Counted from the whole stretch's first letter, positions 38,264-52,188 are shown. The stretch: 63,226 nt of DNA, filler included, from Octopus bimaculoides (GCF_001194135.2; 6 parts of 5 records of this genome joined end to end with filler, not necessarily neighbours in it); one strand, 5' to 3'. The notes: generated by a model from the sequence alone, not told the origin. Program-made: numbers and translations.

Positions 38264-38528
38264 GTCAGTTGTTCTCTTAGATTACATCTATTACACACTC
38301 TCCTTCACTCACACTCAGTGAGTTACTCATTGTCTCAACAGATTTTCTTCACTTGAAACACTTGAAACATGTCTGGGCTGTTTGTCGGTTCAATTGATTG
38401 TTACATCCCTTAGAAACAACTAATCTCCTGTTGGTGGCAACAAGAAGGGCTCTAAAAAAACTCTGGCTCAATGTTACCCACCTCTTATTCATGCAAGCAG
38501 GGAAAGTAGATGTTAGAACAATGATTGT

Positions 38529-38573
<45 letters not shown>

Positions 38574-38813
38574 NNNNNNNNNNNNNNNNNNNNNNNNNNN
38601 NNNNNNNNNNNNNNNNNTTAATTAATTAANNNNNNNNNNNNNNNNNNNNNNNNNNNNNNNNNNNNNNNNNNNNTAACAAAACTGTCCGACAAACGGGAAC
38701 ATGAAACTCTGAGTAACAACTTTTGTTATATTTCTGCTGCTTTTAAATAAAGCATATTACTCTACCTCTGGTATTTGAGTACTCTTTTTTCCACCTTCAT
38801 GTGCTTACTCCGG

Positions 38814-38844
<31 letters not shown>

Positions 38845-40534
38845 TGGTGATGATGGAGGTGAATGTGGACTTGGTAGTGCTGAAAAGCAAAAACTTCATT
38901 GGATGTACCACTTTATCCAAACAAAGGAGCATTTGAATGCTTGGCAATGATTCACTCATGAATACACAATTGTCAATTGTCACCTTAAAGTAAATCAGCT
39001 TATTCACTGCGATAGATTATGATAGATTATATTGCAATAAAGAAAGTTTCACCTTCACTGCACTAACAAGCTGCACATCACTACTTCTGATATATATATA
39101 TATATATCACCTGCACATACATACATGCATATATATATATATATATACACCCACCCACACATGCATACATACATGCATACATATATATATATATACACAC
39201 ACACACACATATTTACACACTCCCCCTCACACACATATATAACAATCATACGTGCTTTGTTTGGTCTTCTACATACACTCTGTGTAACCCTCCAACCAGG
39301 ATTTCAGAACAAAAGATACAATGCCAACATATGAAGCGGTACATGGAGTTTCTAAATATTGAATATATGTTACACGGCTTAATTATATTGTGCTGCATGA
39401 GCACGCTGTAGTTATTATAACTGCATGAGGCGATGTGGTGGCTGAATCGTTAGAATGTCGGGCAAAATGCTTAGCGACGTTTTGTCCGTCTTTACGTTCT
39501 GGGTTCAAATTCCGCCGATGTCGACTTTGCCTTTCATTGTTTCGGGGTCAATAAAATAAGTTCCAGTCGAACACTGATGAAATCGACTTACCCTATCTCC
39601 ACAAAATTTTGAACCTGATATTTTGTGTATGTGTGTGTGCGTGTAATGTGTGTGGAATCTGGGCTAATGATGAAGCAGGCCGCTGGGCCAGTGATCAAGA
39701 GAAGGTCGTCGGTTTGATTATTAGACTCAGTGGCACATAATGTCATCATCATCATCATCATCATTTAATGCCCGGTTTCCATGCTAGCATGGGTTGGACG
39801 ATTTGACTGAGGACTGGCGAACCAGATGGCTGCACCAGGCTCCAATCTGATCTGGCAAGGTTTCTACAGCTGGATGCCCTTCCTAACGCCAACCACTCCG
39901 AGAGTGTAGTGGGTGCTTTTACGTGCCACCGGCACGAAGGCCAGTCAGGCGGTACTGGCAATGGCCACGCTCAAAATGGTGTATTTTACGTGCCACCTGC
40001 ACAGGAGCCAGTCCAGCAGCACTGGCAACGATCTCGCTCGAATGTCTTTTCACGTGCTACCGGCACAAGTGCCAGGAAGGCGACGCTAGTAACGATCATG
40101 CTCAAATGGTGCTATTTACATGCCACCGTCCTTGTATAAAACAATTCGTTTCAAGTTGCCCCAGTCCACAATGTGCTTGAATTCCTGTGTTTTTTCGTTT
40201 TTTAATCCAAAATGGAAATGAATAACAATTTCTCTATGTGATCGACTTGAAGAATTGTTAAGATGTTTTTCTTAACATGAAACCAATGGTAGCCTTAATA
40301 CACAAATAAAGAATCTGTATTCACCAATGCGGTGTTGAGCACTCATTCTCGTTATTCGATATTTACATGTGTGTGTGTGTGTGTGCATATATGAGTGTGT
40401 GTATGTGTGTGTGCGTGTGCGTGTATATGCACACACACATGAAGACATTACAGGTCCAACAACCATATTAATTGCATGTATGGAAATATCAATATTTTGC
40501 CAATATCTTGTAAATTGTAAGTTATTGTTTATAA

Positions 40535-40875
40535 TTTCTATACCACATGTGCAGGAATTGTTGTTAAGAGACTTGCGAGTGATTCCTCAACTAAAACTTG
40601 CTTTAGCTCTTTCCACGACAATGAAGGAAGCAAGCAGATCCTCACTTGCTGTTCTAATATGCACCATAAATGTTCGATTCTAGGGATCAATCCAAGTGGT
40701 GATTGTTGGGACTTGTCCAAATAGTCTGCTTCACTTTCCTGTTCTTTGGACCAATTTTTGAATGCCACTAGCTGTGTGCATTGGCGCAATATCTTCTTGG
40801 AAGATTGCGTTATGATCAGGAAAGAATATTTGTACTTTAGAATGGATGTGATCAGTCAAAATACTCAGATAATCT
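40535..40875 (-). mobile_element. Tc1-like transposase C-terminal remnant
   Basis: FQEDIAPMHTAS (compare FQDDNAPIH) and QQSP...IEHLWCILEQQVR...SWKELKQVLVEE. Confidence 0.8.
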
Positions 40876-41520
40876 TTGGCATTAACTCAGCCATCATCAT
40901 CATCATCATCATCGTTTAACGTCCGCTTTCCATGCTAGCATGGGTTGGACGATTTGACTGAGGACTGGTGAAACCGGATGGCAACACCAGGCTCCAATCT
41001 GATTTGGCAGAGTTTCTACAGCTGGATGCCCTTCCTAACGCCAACCACTCAGAGAGTGTAGTGGGTGCTTTTACGTGTCACCCGCACGAAGGCCAGTCAG
41101 GCGGTACTGGCAACGGCCATGTTGAAGAACTAAAGAGCCAAGGGTATTCCGTGATATGGTCGCTCAAATCATAACAGAGTCACTTCCAAGCGTCACAGTA
41201 GGAGCCAAATAGTCAGGATTGGAGGTTTCTCCAGGCTGTCTCAAGACAAAAACTCACCCTGAGGTGGGAAAAAGGGTGAATGATGGTTCTCCAAAGATGA
41301 CATTGTTTCGTTGTGACCACTTCTGAAAGTCTAGACGCTATTTTTTTCTGATGAGGGGTCACGAAAGTTTTAACACTCGCAGCCCTCCTATGGCACCAGT
41401 TTTATAAAGCATAAAATGAAGGGTTTTGGTTGACATGGGATTATGAAGGTGGTGGTTTAACACTGTTATCATTTTTACTGCTGTACAGTTCTATATTTGG
41501 GAGATGAGGAATTATGTACG

Positions 41521-41860
41521 TTATTTACATTTGATGGATATTTATCCTCATCTTGTTACCACAACATCTTGGCTGATGTACTCTCCAGCCTTCATCAGGT
41601 GTCCCGGGGGAATTTTGGGCATATGGCATAGTGGTTAAGAGTGCAAGCTACAAACCCCAAGATTCCGAGTTTAATTCCAGGCAGTGACCTGAATAATAAT
41701 GATGACAACAACGACGACAACATCAGAAAAATACCTTAGGAATGAGAACCCAGGTTTGAAATTCCCCCAGGACACCTGATGAAGGCTGGAGAGTACCTCA
41801 GCCGAAATGTTGTGCTAACAATAAACATGATGAGGACAAATATCCATCAAATGTAAATAA
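41521..41860. mobile_element. Inverted pair of Penelope-like ends with hammerhead-like cores, enclosing a tRNA-like SINE head
   Basis: 41521-41614 is the reverse complement of about 41763-41860. The plus arm reads GACAC-CTGATGA-AGGCTG..CAGCC-GAAAT-GTT-GTGC. A-box TGGCATAGTGG at 41624-34 and a decayed B-box at 41669-78. Confidence 0.7.
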
Positions 41861-43457
41861 TTTACTGCTGTAGTTTGATGGCTTTTAAACTCTATATGTT
41901 TCACTATTATGCAGGCCCTCTCCGTGTACTTTGCTTTTCGTCCAAAATTATTCTTGCCAGATCTGGTTTTTACATTTGCTTTGGAATGCTAACGTGAATT
42001 TACACACCACCTCTCAAAACGTTAAACAAATCAGCAGNNNNNNNNNNNNNNNNNNNNNNNNNNNNNNNNNNNNNNNNNNNNNNNNNNNNNNNNNNNNNNN
42101 NNNNNNNNNNNNNNNNNNNNNNNNNNNNNNNNNNNNNNNNNNNNNNNNNNNNNNNNNNNNNNNNNNNNNNNNNNNNNNNNNNNNNNNNNNNNNNNNNNNN
42201 NNNNNNNNNNNNNNNNNNNNNNNNNNNNNNNNNNNNNNNNNNNNNNNNNNNNNNNNNNNNNNNNNNNNNNNNNNNNNNNNNNNNNNNNNNNNNNNNNNNN
42301 NNNNNNNNNNNNNNNNNNNNNNNNNNNNNNNNNNNNNNNNNNNNNNNNNNNNNNNNNNNNNNNNNNNNNNNNNNNNNNNNNNNNNNNNNNNNNNNNNNNN
42401 NNNNNNNNNNNNNNNNNNNNNNNNNNNNNNNNNNNNNNNNNNNNNNNNNNNNNNNNNNNNNNNNNNNNNNNNNNNNNNNNNNNNNNNNNNNNNNNNNNNN
42501 NNNNNNNNNNNNNNNNNNNNNNNNNNNNNNNNNNNNNNNNNNNNNNNNNNNNNNNNNNNNNNNNNNNNNNNNNNNNNNNNNNNNNNNNNNNNNNNNNNNN
42601 NNNNNNNNNNNNNNNNNNNNNNNNNNNNNNNNNNNNNNNNNNNNNNNNNNNNNNNNNNNNNNNNNNNNNNNNNNNNNNNNNNNNNNNNNNNNNNNNNNNN
42701 NNNNNNNNNNNNNNNNNNNNNNNNNNNNNNNNNNNNNNNNNNNNNNNNNNNNNNNNNNNNNNNNNNNNNNNNNNNNNNNNNNNNNNNNNNNNNNNNNNNN
42801 NNNNNNNNNNNNNNNNNNNNNNNNNNNNNNNNNNNNNNNNNNNNNNNNNNNNNNNNNNNNNNNNNNNNNNNNNNNNNNNNNNNNNNNNGGGGGGGGGGGA
42901 GAGCAAGTCAATTAAATTATATATCATCGGTTGCCCTGTATGGTCAGAGTGCATGAGTTGGAACATATAAAAGCGTAACAGAATAAAGAACTTCAAAAGA
43001 TTTAAATGAAAAGATTGAAATAAAAACTGTCTACTTTTCTAAAGAAACTTCTTTAATAACCGTAAAAATTTTGTTCACAAAATCATAATAGAACAAGTTT
43101 TACATGCAAATGTAGTGCTATATGTACATACACATACATCCAATTGTTTGGTTCTCTTCAGAGGTAACCCAGTTAAGCATGGACAATGCTTAAATATTGA
43201 TGTCTAGTTTTGAGAGGTTCTGAGGCATACAGATATACATGCATACATGCATACGAATAAACATATACTTATCAAAAATGGAGGCGAACACCATTCCTCC
43301 ATGTGATCGGCTTGAAAAATTGTTAAGATATTAAGATACTTTCCTATTTTTCTTTTTATGAAACCAATGGTAGCCTTAATACACAAATAGCAAAAAATTT
43401 ATCCACCAATGCAGTGTTCAGCACTCATTTTCATCGTTTGACATTTACGTGTGTTTG

Positions 43458-43541
<84 letters not shown>

Positions 43542-44004
43542 TGTGCATATGTATGTTTGTGTGTATGTATGTATGTATGTATGTATGCTTGTATGTATGT
43601 ATGTCTTTATCTTTTTACTTGTTTCAGAGGGTTTAGTTGAACAAATTGCCCCCCTATATTTGTTTTTTAAGTCGTCTGTTACTTATTCTTTCGGTCTCTT
43701 TTGCCAAACTGCTAAGTTACAGACATAGACAAACCAACACTGATTGTCAAGTGGCCGTGGGGACAAACACAAATACAAAGATACACACACACACACATAT
43801 ATACATATATACGATAGGCTTCCACACAATTTCCACCTACCAAATTCACTCACAATGCATTGGTCAACAAGAGGAAATACTTTTTCTCGGAGCCGTGCAG
43901 TAGTACTGGATCCAAAACCACATGGGTATAAAGCGAATTTCTTAAGCACAGCCACGCCTGCATCTAATATTCAGTTTATTTCAAAATTTCTTGCCAATAG
44001 AGAA

Positions 44005-44255
44005 CGAACCGGTTTCTGACCCAGATTTTTACAGTTCCAGCGATGGATTGAATCTGTAGCCTTCGAATTAGTGTTCTCCTTTCTGGTTTAGAGAAGACTA
44101 ATTTCTCAAGATTAGTATTTAGGCAGTGTGTTACATATCCCAGGGCCCCAATGATTACAGGTATAAACCTGAACTTGTAATCTGGATAGTTATAAAACTG
44201 AAAGCGTATCTTGGGTACTGGCTTTACGAAATCCTTATCAACTGTCCATAGATGT
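44005..44255 (-). mobile_element. R4/Dong-like RLE C-terminal fragment
   Basis: YPDYKFRFIPVIIGALGYVTHCLNTNLEKL...IRRLQIQSIAGTVKI. Confidence 0.8.
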
Positions 44256-44943
44256 TTTCTTTCTCTTTTATTCTTTTCTGACCACATTGGTGTCCAGATG
44301 GCAACAGAGTTCCACAACAATATCTGACTGGTTGTGTTTCAACTCGGTGGCTGTTTTAATTGAAAATAGTCTTTTGACCCACCAATTTCAAAATAGACAA
44401 CTTTGAAAATTACTATTTTTAAATCTCACAACATGTTCCTAAACCAGGACTGCCATGTTAGGTTGGCAAACAATTTTTACTACACAAACAACTTCGTCTG
44501 CAGTGTTTTCTTTTTGTATTATCCTGTTTCAGACAGTTCTTATTTCTTTATTGCCCACAAGGGGCCACACATAGAGGGGACAAACACAGATACTCAAAGG
44601 GATTAAGTCGGTTACATCGACCCTATTGTGTAACTGGTACTTAATTTATTGACCCCGAAAGGATGAAAGGCACAGTCGGCCTCGGCGGAATTTGAACTCA
44701 GAATGTAATGGCAGACGAAATACCGCTAAGCATTTTGCCCAGCGTGCTAACGTTTTTGCCAGCTCGCCGCCTTAACTGTTTTAGACAGTTCTGGCCACCA
44801 CCTTGTCACATGGGAAGATAATATTTGGAAGACGTTCTCTCACAGATGGCAATAATATAGCTGATGCCTTCAGTCTTGATCTTACAAAACCTACATATGT
44901 TGTCTGTCAGTGTATTCTGGGTTTTTTTGTTTTTTTTTTGCTC

Positions 44944-45032
<89 letters not shown>

Positions 45033-46584
45033 CCCTGCTCATGTACATATTTAGAAAATTATATTGTTTGAAAAAATTGTCTATCTTAACTTCAACTTTT
45101 AATTTCTTTTCCTTTGAATTTATTTATTTTTGCTTTATATTTTATATTTATGACATATATATTTCATATATTGTATTGTATATTTGTTTCACAGATGAAT
45201 AAATGCTTTACCCTGGGTCATTATATATACGTAGTGCAGAGGAACGATATGTAAAGGCAGATTAAGATATTGAAATAAATGTCAGGCAAATAATGAGACA
45301 GCGAGAAACATGGAGCCTTTTTTAAATTACATTATTGTGAACTTAAATAATTAGCTGTATCAGTTCATGCTTCATTATTTCCTTAAAATGCAAGAGAAAA
45401 ACATCCATTGAAATCACAAACAATTTTTGCAATTTAGTCTCTGTATGACCTACATAAATTGCTGCTGTGAAGCCATTGTCTACGAGTTCGAACTGCACCC
45501 ATTCTTTTCCATTGTCAGTTTAAGCCATTTTCCACTTTGAATGATACTATTATAGTTGGATAGGTTGTATTCCATCTAATGTGACTCTACTCAGAAGGCT
45601 GCAATACCATGTGATTTATTTGGAGGCTGCCATTGGTTGGGTTGCATATTGGTGCACGATAGAGTAAGAAACAAATTGCACCAATACAAACCAATCAGAT
45701 TGGTAGAACAATGGGTCCAAAACAGCACCCAAAGGTTAGCTGTTACCGGCTACGTTTGTATGTATGTATATATAATAGAGAGAGGAATTTCACTGGAATT
45801 TGCTATAGACAGCCTCTTGCCAAGTCATTTGGTGGGAGACAAAATAGACGATAAAAGGAAGATTTCTGTAGCAGCAAAGAAAGGTGTCCAATCAAATAGA
45901 ACAAGGCATATATATACAATGATACAGGAGTCTCACTAAAACTGATTTCCCATCACAACAGGAGTCTATTGGTTTGACCTTGACCATCGAGTCCAGACTG
46001 ATAATCCTTTTCTTATTTGAAGAAGCAAGTTGTTCATATAGGATGCCATGAATTGTGGAATGCCTGGCAGTACCTTGTCACTTCAGACAGAAACTGGAAA
46101 GCTGCCACCTGCTGCACAAAAGAGCGAAAGATGACTAAATCCAAGTTGGTTTTTTTCCCCCCACTTACTTGAAAATATCCAAACCAGGCCAATAGACCAC
46201 AGCTAAGCAAGGGTTGGGTGAAATCAGTGCCCCACAAAACTCTCTCTATATATATGTATATTTAAGATAGCAAATAAAGATGCCATAACACAATTAATAA
46301 AAGATTTACATGAAATACTGTGAGCTGGTATTAAGAGATCTGATAAATGGCAAAATACAGTAAATAAGATAAAAATAAAGGAGCTAATAAAGTGAAATAA
46401 ATGGATATGGGAATAAAAGAACAGATAAGAATATTAAAATGAAGGAAACTGTTAATATAAGACAAGGCTCTTGTTAAACCTGATTTTAAGGAAATCAATG
46501 TTGTTTTCTCCAGGAAAACAATAGTGACAGAGTTTATTCTGCAATCCAGTAGTTCGAGGGAAAATGATTTATGTAGTATGTCTG

Positions 46585-47330
46585 TGGGATATCCAGGAGC
46601 ATGAAACAAGACCCCTTTTGTCAGTTTTCCTGGGTGTTTGGTCTTGATAGCCTTTCATAACTACCTCAGCAAGTACTCTCTATCGATGGTGTGGACTTTT
46701 TGAAGATAGTAAACACAATGCCTCTTGTATCCCCAAAACTGAAGCCATGACCTTCCCTGCAGATGAAATGACCTTGGCCTTCTTTGGAGCAGGTAAGGAG
46801 GGGTTTTTCCCTGCATGGATTGCCTCTTTGTCTTTGGCTTAAAGTGATGAACCCAAGACCCATCCTGGTTTAGGAATCATTGAAGGAAACCAGCTAGATC
46901 TGCCTCAAACAATGTCATATTTTCCTTTTATGGGATCACCCTGATGTGCTTTTGATCAGGTGTCAGAAGACGTGATACCCACCAAGCAGAAACCTTTGTC
47001 ACACCAAGTTCATTGTGCAAAATACTCTCAACTTTCTCACAGGATATGCGAATAGCATTGGTTATTTGACTTACACTCAATCGACGGTCATCCCTCAGTG
47101 TGTAGTGAACATGATCAATGTTTTCCTCGGTGGTGACAGCTGCAGGACATCCAGACCTTGGGTCATCTTCAAGACTCTCCCTTCCCCTCCTAAATCCAGC
47201 TGCTCACTTTTGCACTGTTGATAGAACTGGAGTGTCGTCCTCTAATGTAGCAATCATGCCAGCGTGAATGTCCTTGGGAGCTAAACCCTTTTCCTGCTGT
47301 ATTAAAATACCGCAATACCAAATATTGTTG
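46585..47330 (-). mobile_element. mariner transposase pseudogene
   Basis: FRRGRESLEDDPRSGCP...TTEENID...DRRLSV...LHNELGVTKVSAWWVSRLLTPDQK...DGSWVHHFKPKTKRQSMQ...PKKAK..SSAGKVMASV..KGVLFH. The WVPRLL and AGKVMASVFWD motifs are decayed. Confidence 0.92.
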
Positions 47331-47514
47331 ATTTTCAGAAGTTGCTACTACATACTTTTGAAGTCAGATTATATGCGTGCAAAACCCATCCTATCTTATC
47401 ATGAATAAAGAGTGGAGCAGGATGAGTAAAAGATTTTCCATAATACACACACACACACACACCTATGCATGCATACATACATACATACATACATACATAC
47501 ATACATACATACAT

Positions 47515-47790
47515 TACTCATACCAACATTTGGGCTGATTGATTGGATGCCTTGATGAGATCCGAGCCATTGATGTGAAAACCCGGAAAATACTAACAAG
47601 CACACATAATTTCCACATAAACCGTGTTGTAGACCACTTCTACCTAAAACGAAAACAAAGTGGCAGAGGTTTAACATCGATCCAGAATGCCTTTGAATGT
47701 CGTATCATATCCCTTCAGTGACATCTTTTAATCACCATTTGTTGAAGTGCATCTCTTGACCAAGTTGACATACATGAGGCTGATAACATC
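47515..47790 (+). mobile_element. R4/Dong-like LINE post-RT fragment
   Basis: LDEIRAIDVKTRKILTSTHNFHINRVVDHFYLKRKQSGRGL resembles DxKTRKxLT..H..SDVDRLYxxRxxGGRGL. Confidence 0.8.
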
Positions 47791-49865
47791 ATAGGGTATA
47801 TATATATATATATATATATNNNNNNNNNNNNNNNNNNNNNNNNNNNNNNNNNNNNNNNNNNNNNNNNNNNNNNNNNNNNNNNNNNNNNNNNNNNNNNNNN
47901 NNNNNNNNNNNNNNNNNNNAGTCATTTAACTGAGGTCATGCTGGAGCACCTATACTGCCTGGCAATGTCCCCATAACGTGGTGGTTCAGCAATAGGAAAC
48001 AATAGAAGAAGTACTAGACTTTTAAAAAATAAGGACTGGGGTTGATTTGATCGACCAAATCTTTCAATGTGGTGCTCCATCATGGCTGCTGTCCAATGAC
48101 TGTAACAAGTAAAAGATAAAACATCGATTGCAATATTGTTCTCGCTTAAGCAACTAGCTGACCAATTCCCTTTTTGAAAATAGCCAGTCTTTTACTGTAC
48201 ATTTTAATCTTCATGGTAGTTTTTTTCCTTTCCCCAAAAGCAGTTTCATCCTGCAGTGAGACCCGAGATTTGAACCATAGCTCTTGGATTTCATCAATAT
48301 AGAACCATGAGCTAATACATTTTCCATAAAAGTAAGTGTGTTGTCAGAAAAGTTATGGATGCCTATGGAAATATGGCTTAACTTGCCAACACTGGCAGAT
48401 TAATATCGGTTTTTGATTTTGGCACAAGGCCAGAAGTTTTGTTGGAAGAGTTATGTCTATTACTTCGACTCCTGTGCTCAACTGGTGCTTATTTTATCGA
48501 CCCCGAAAGGTTGAAAGGCAAAGTCAACCTCGGTGGAATTTGAACACGGAACATAAAGACAGACGGAGTGCTGCCAAGTATTTTGCCTGGCATGCTAACG
48601 ATTCTGCTAGCTCGCTGCCTTCTGGCTGACTTAATTTATTGAGGCAACAGTCTTCAAGAGAAGTTTGCATATTTCCCCACACAAACAGTTTGGTTGAAGA
48701 TTCTAGAAGGACAGTTAACAGCTATAAAAGACTGGTAAATTCAACACCTAGTCAGAGAGCCACTAAGCCGTTTTGGGAATCTATGCAGTTTGTTTCAACA
48801 TGTTGTTCTCTCTCCACCTCTTTCATTTTTAAGTAACGTACTTATGCTGTAGTCGACAAAACAGCACTAACTTTTACCTGTAGTGTCCAGAAACACATTA
48901 ATTATATGCAGTGATTAATTTCCATCCACTATCTTCATTACATTATCCAGCAAGTTATCTATGGAACATTCCTAACCGTTATGTTAACTGAACATTGATC
49001 CTTAACTTGTTAAATCTACATATGTAAATATACCCATACAGCTTAAAATATTTGGAAATTCAAATTTTAGTGTGGTCATTATCTACACATGCAATCTTCA
49101 TTACATTTGAATTGAATCAGAAGAATATAAGACTAAGGCACTACACTAAAATTTCTTGGACAAATTTTGCAAGGCTAAATAAGACTGTTTTTGGGACCCT
49201 GGTAGATATCTAAAATTCTTGATTAAAGCGCATTCGATCACGTCTGTTTGAATTGAGCTGACCAAGGGCTAAACAACGTTTTAGTACCACAAAGAAAGCC
49301 GTTATGTTATGCTAAAACTATGATTATAGCAACCATACTTATACTTCTGAATAATTAGGAAATAATGGTTATAATTATAATTGAAAATAATGATTATTTA
49401 TTATTATCGGTTCCATAACGAAATTAATGTCACTTGAACTGTTTTTTCTTTATTTACAAATAAGAAAACCTCACCTTGTCTAGGTTTAGCATCACAAACT
49501 TAAGGACTACTCTGTATTTAAAACATGAATAATTTATTGGCCCTATATATTAATATTACAGCCGAGAATTTAAGATTGCTGTTATATAGCGATGTGAGCT
49601 GCATGACACAGTAGTCTCCCTTGTGGTACGAAATCCTATTAGCGACAACTAAACAATGACGTAGGAAAATAGGGCTTATTAGAAACGACATAAGACATCC
49701 TCAGCTGTAATAACAAGACTTAAGCTGTTAATATAGCGAATATAAAGAGTATCAAAAAGCTAACAAGAAATACATTTGCAATATTTGTATTGCCAGTGAT
49801 TAACGTATAATACATTTTGTTATCAGGGTAATTACCAGTCTTACACCGCATGAATCCCGGTGTTT

Positions 49866-49874
49866 ACCGGAAGT
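49866..49874 (+). promoter_or_regulatory. ETS-family (GABP/ELK-type) site in the CpG-retaining WDR12 5' region
   Basis: ACCGGAAGT, 25 nt upstream of the WDR12 ATG. This motif is typical of housekeeping promoters. Confidence 0.5.
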
Positions 49875-49898
49875 TATATATATTTTCCAATTTACAAG

Positions 49899-49951
49899 AT
49901 GTCGAACACCGGGTCGCACGTGCTGGTGAGACTCTTCACAAAACAATCTCA
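49899..49951 (+). CDS. WDR12: Ribosome biogenesis protein WDR12 (Ytm1 homolog), coding exon 1
   Basis: MSNTGSHVLVRLFTKQS(Q), donor CA|GTAAGT. All seven exons join in frame, with intron phases 2,1,0,2,1,0,1. Confidence 0.88.
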
Positions 49952-51162
49952 GTAAGTCCAGCTTTACTTTAACGTTTTCTTTTCCCTGTTAAGATAAACC
50001 CTAGATGCATATCTAGCACTCTTCTGCATTATTTGCTGGTTTCAATGATATCCAATGCTTTTCTTAGCGATTACATATCTGCTGGATTTTCTTTCTTTCT
50101 TTTCTTTTCCACTCATTCCAGGTTTCCTAACGATTGTAGCATCATTCTGTTACTGCTTCGCCTGCTTAAAATACCAATGAAATCTCCCTCATGTCCGATA
50201 TAAATATATATGTATATATGTGTGTGTGTAAAAAAAAAAAGTATAATAGATATGTCTAGAACTACTATTAAAAAAGGAAAAAAAATGGAGGGTGGTTAAA
50301 TATTTTAGTCCCATGGTCATTCTGTACGAGCAGACTGACCTGCGGTTGAACAAAAACTATTTGCAATTTATTTGAGGGTTGAATTGTCAAACAACTTCAA
50401 CTCACACCTTTTTTTTCTTTCATTTAAACGTTTGTTTTATTAAACTGTGTATAATATGTATATATTTGTAATTGTATGCATAAACTGTGTTTCTGTTCAT
50501 TGCGTTTCCGCTATATTATTATTACTATTTATTATTATTATTATTATTATTAAAGGCGGCGAACTTAGAACCGTTAGCTCGCCGGACAAAATGCTTAGTA
50601 GCATTTCGTCCGTCCTTACATTCTCAGTTCAAATTCCGCCGGGGTCGACTTTACCTCTTAGACTTTCGGGGTCGATAAATTAAGCACCAGTGAGATAGGG
50701 GGTGGGGTGGGGTGTCGATGTAATCGACACCCCCCTTCCCTAATTTCAGGGCTTGTGCCTTTAGTAGAAAGGATTGTTATTATTATTATTATTAATTAAA
50801 GTCTCATGATAACCAAATACTGTTTCATTCAATTCTTTCTGATAATTGCTGGATTAGCTTCTCCATTTCTGGCATGAAACCATTTGGCAATTTGGCTACT
50901 ATGAGATTATGAATAATAATTATAATAATAATAATAATAATAATGTGCTAATAATAAATTTTGCTGCTGAAACCCATGTATTAATACTCAAATCCATTTA
51001 TTTTATTACTGTAATTAGTTTAAATGTATCAATTACTCCTTGGATACTTTTGGATTTGTGGAATACCAGGAATCAATGGACTATTCCTTCAACTTAATCT
51101 TAACCATTAATCTAAATGGTTTGTTTACTTAATCTCTCTGTTCTATGCTGGTATGGGCTGGA

Positions 51163-51207
<45 letters not shown>

Positions 51208-52188
51208 CATCATCATCATCGACCACATTCGGATGGTGCTTTTTACGTGCCATATCGACATGGGGAGCCAGCCAGGCGGCACTGGCAACAACCCACGTAT
51301 GAACGGTGCTTATATATACATATATATATATATAATCATCATTTTACGTCCATTTAGCATGCTGGTTTGGGTTGGACGACGGTTTGATGGGAACAGGCGA
51401 GTCAGAAGACTTCACCAAAGTCATCTGTCCATTTTGGTATGGTTTCTATAGCTGGGTGCCCTTCTTAATGCCAACCATTTTACAGAGTGTACCGGGTACT
51501 TTTTACATGGCACCAGCACCAGTGTGGTTACCAAGTAACTTGCAGCAGGACAAGACCCTTCAAATGGGGTGGAGGGAGTAGTATTGAGGGACAGAAAGGT
51601 GCCTTGCATTAGAAAAGAGACATGGTGTCCTCAAGTGGAGAAGATAGAAAGATGGTGAAGATGTGACAGATGGCAGGGGGTGTGCACCCAAGTTACAAGG
51701 TGATGTATATAGTGGAGTGGATCAGGGATTGGAAAGGGTGGGTGATTACACACACACATGCATATCTATGGAATCTGTTTTATAAAGTAAAACAATTTTT
51801 TTAATCATTTCCCTTCAGCATCCAGATTACTCTAATAAAATATAATGCTTAGTTATTTGCATTGTTTTCTGTTAATCTTGCAGTTTATCATAGCTTCTCG
51901 GTTTCAATGGTTTGATTGTTTATTTTTAGAATGACATTGTAGGGTAAGTATGAGAGCCTGGATCTGTCCAGTTTGGGCCTCGTATGGCTGGTTTAAATGC
52001 TAAAGGGTTAAAATCACTTATCCTTCTCATTTGTTTTCATAGGTTTTATACATTATAACAATGACACACATTTAAAAATGTGTTAATTTGAATGGTGCTG
52101 AAAGGAGTTTTGTTGCTCTTGTTTTGACTTCTTTTCGTCTCATACTACATTATCTCATTCACCCTCTTCTCACATTTTCTTATTACAG

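Noticed and set aside
38850-38950. EKQKLHWMYHFIQTKEHLNAWQ* considered as the next TCHP exon
   Set aside because: It has an in-frame stop, no credible acceptor or donor, and lies beyond a spacer.
41617-41700. Functional tRNA gene
   Set aside because: Only a tRNA-like head with a decayed B-box and no complete cloverleaf; SINE-derived. No true tRNA, rRNA or CRISPR array was found in the window.
48244-48331. Plus-strand exon-like segment ending AAAA|GTAAGT
   Set aside because: All three frames are closed and there is no partner exon; unsupported without RNA data.
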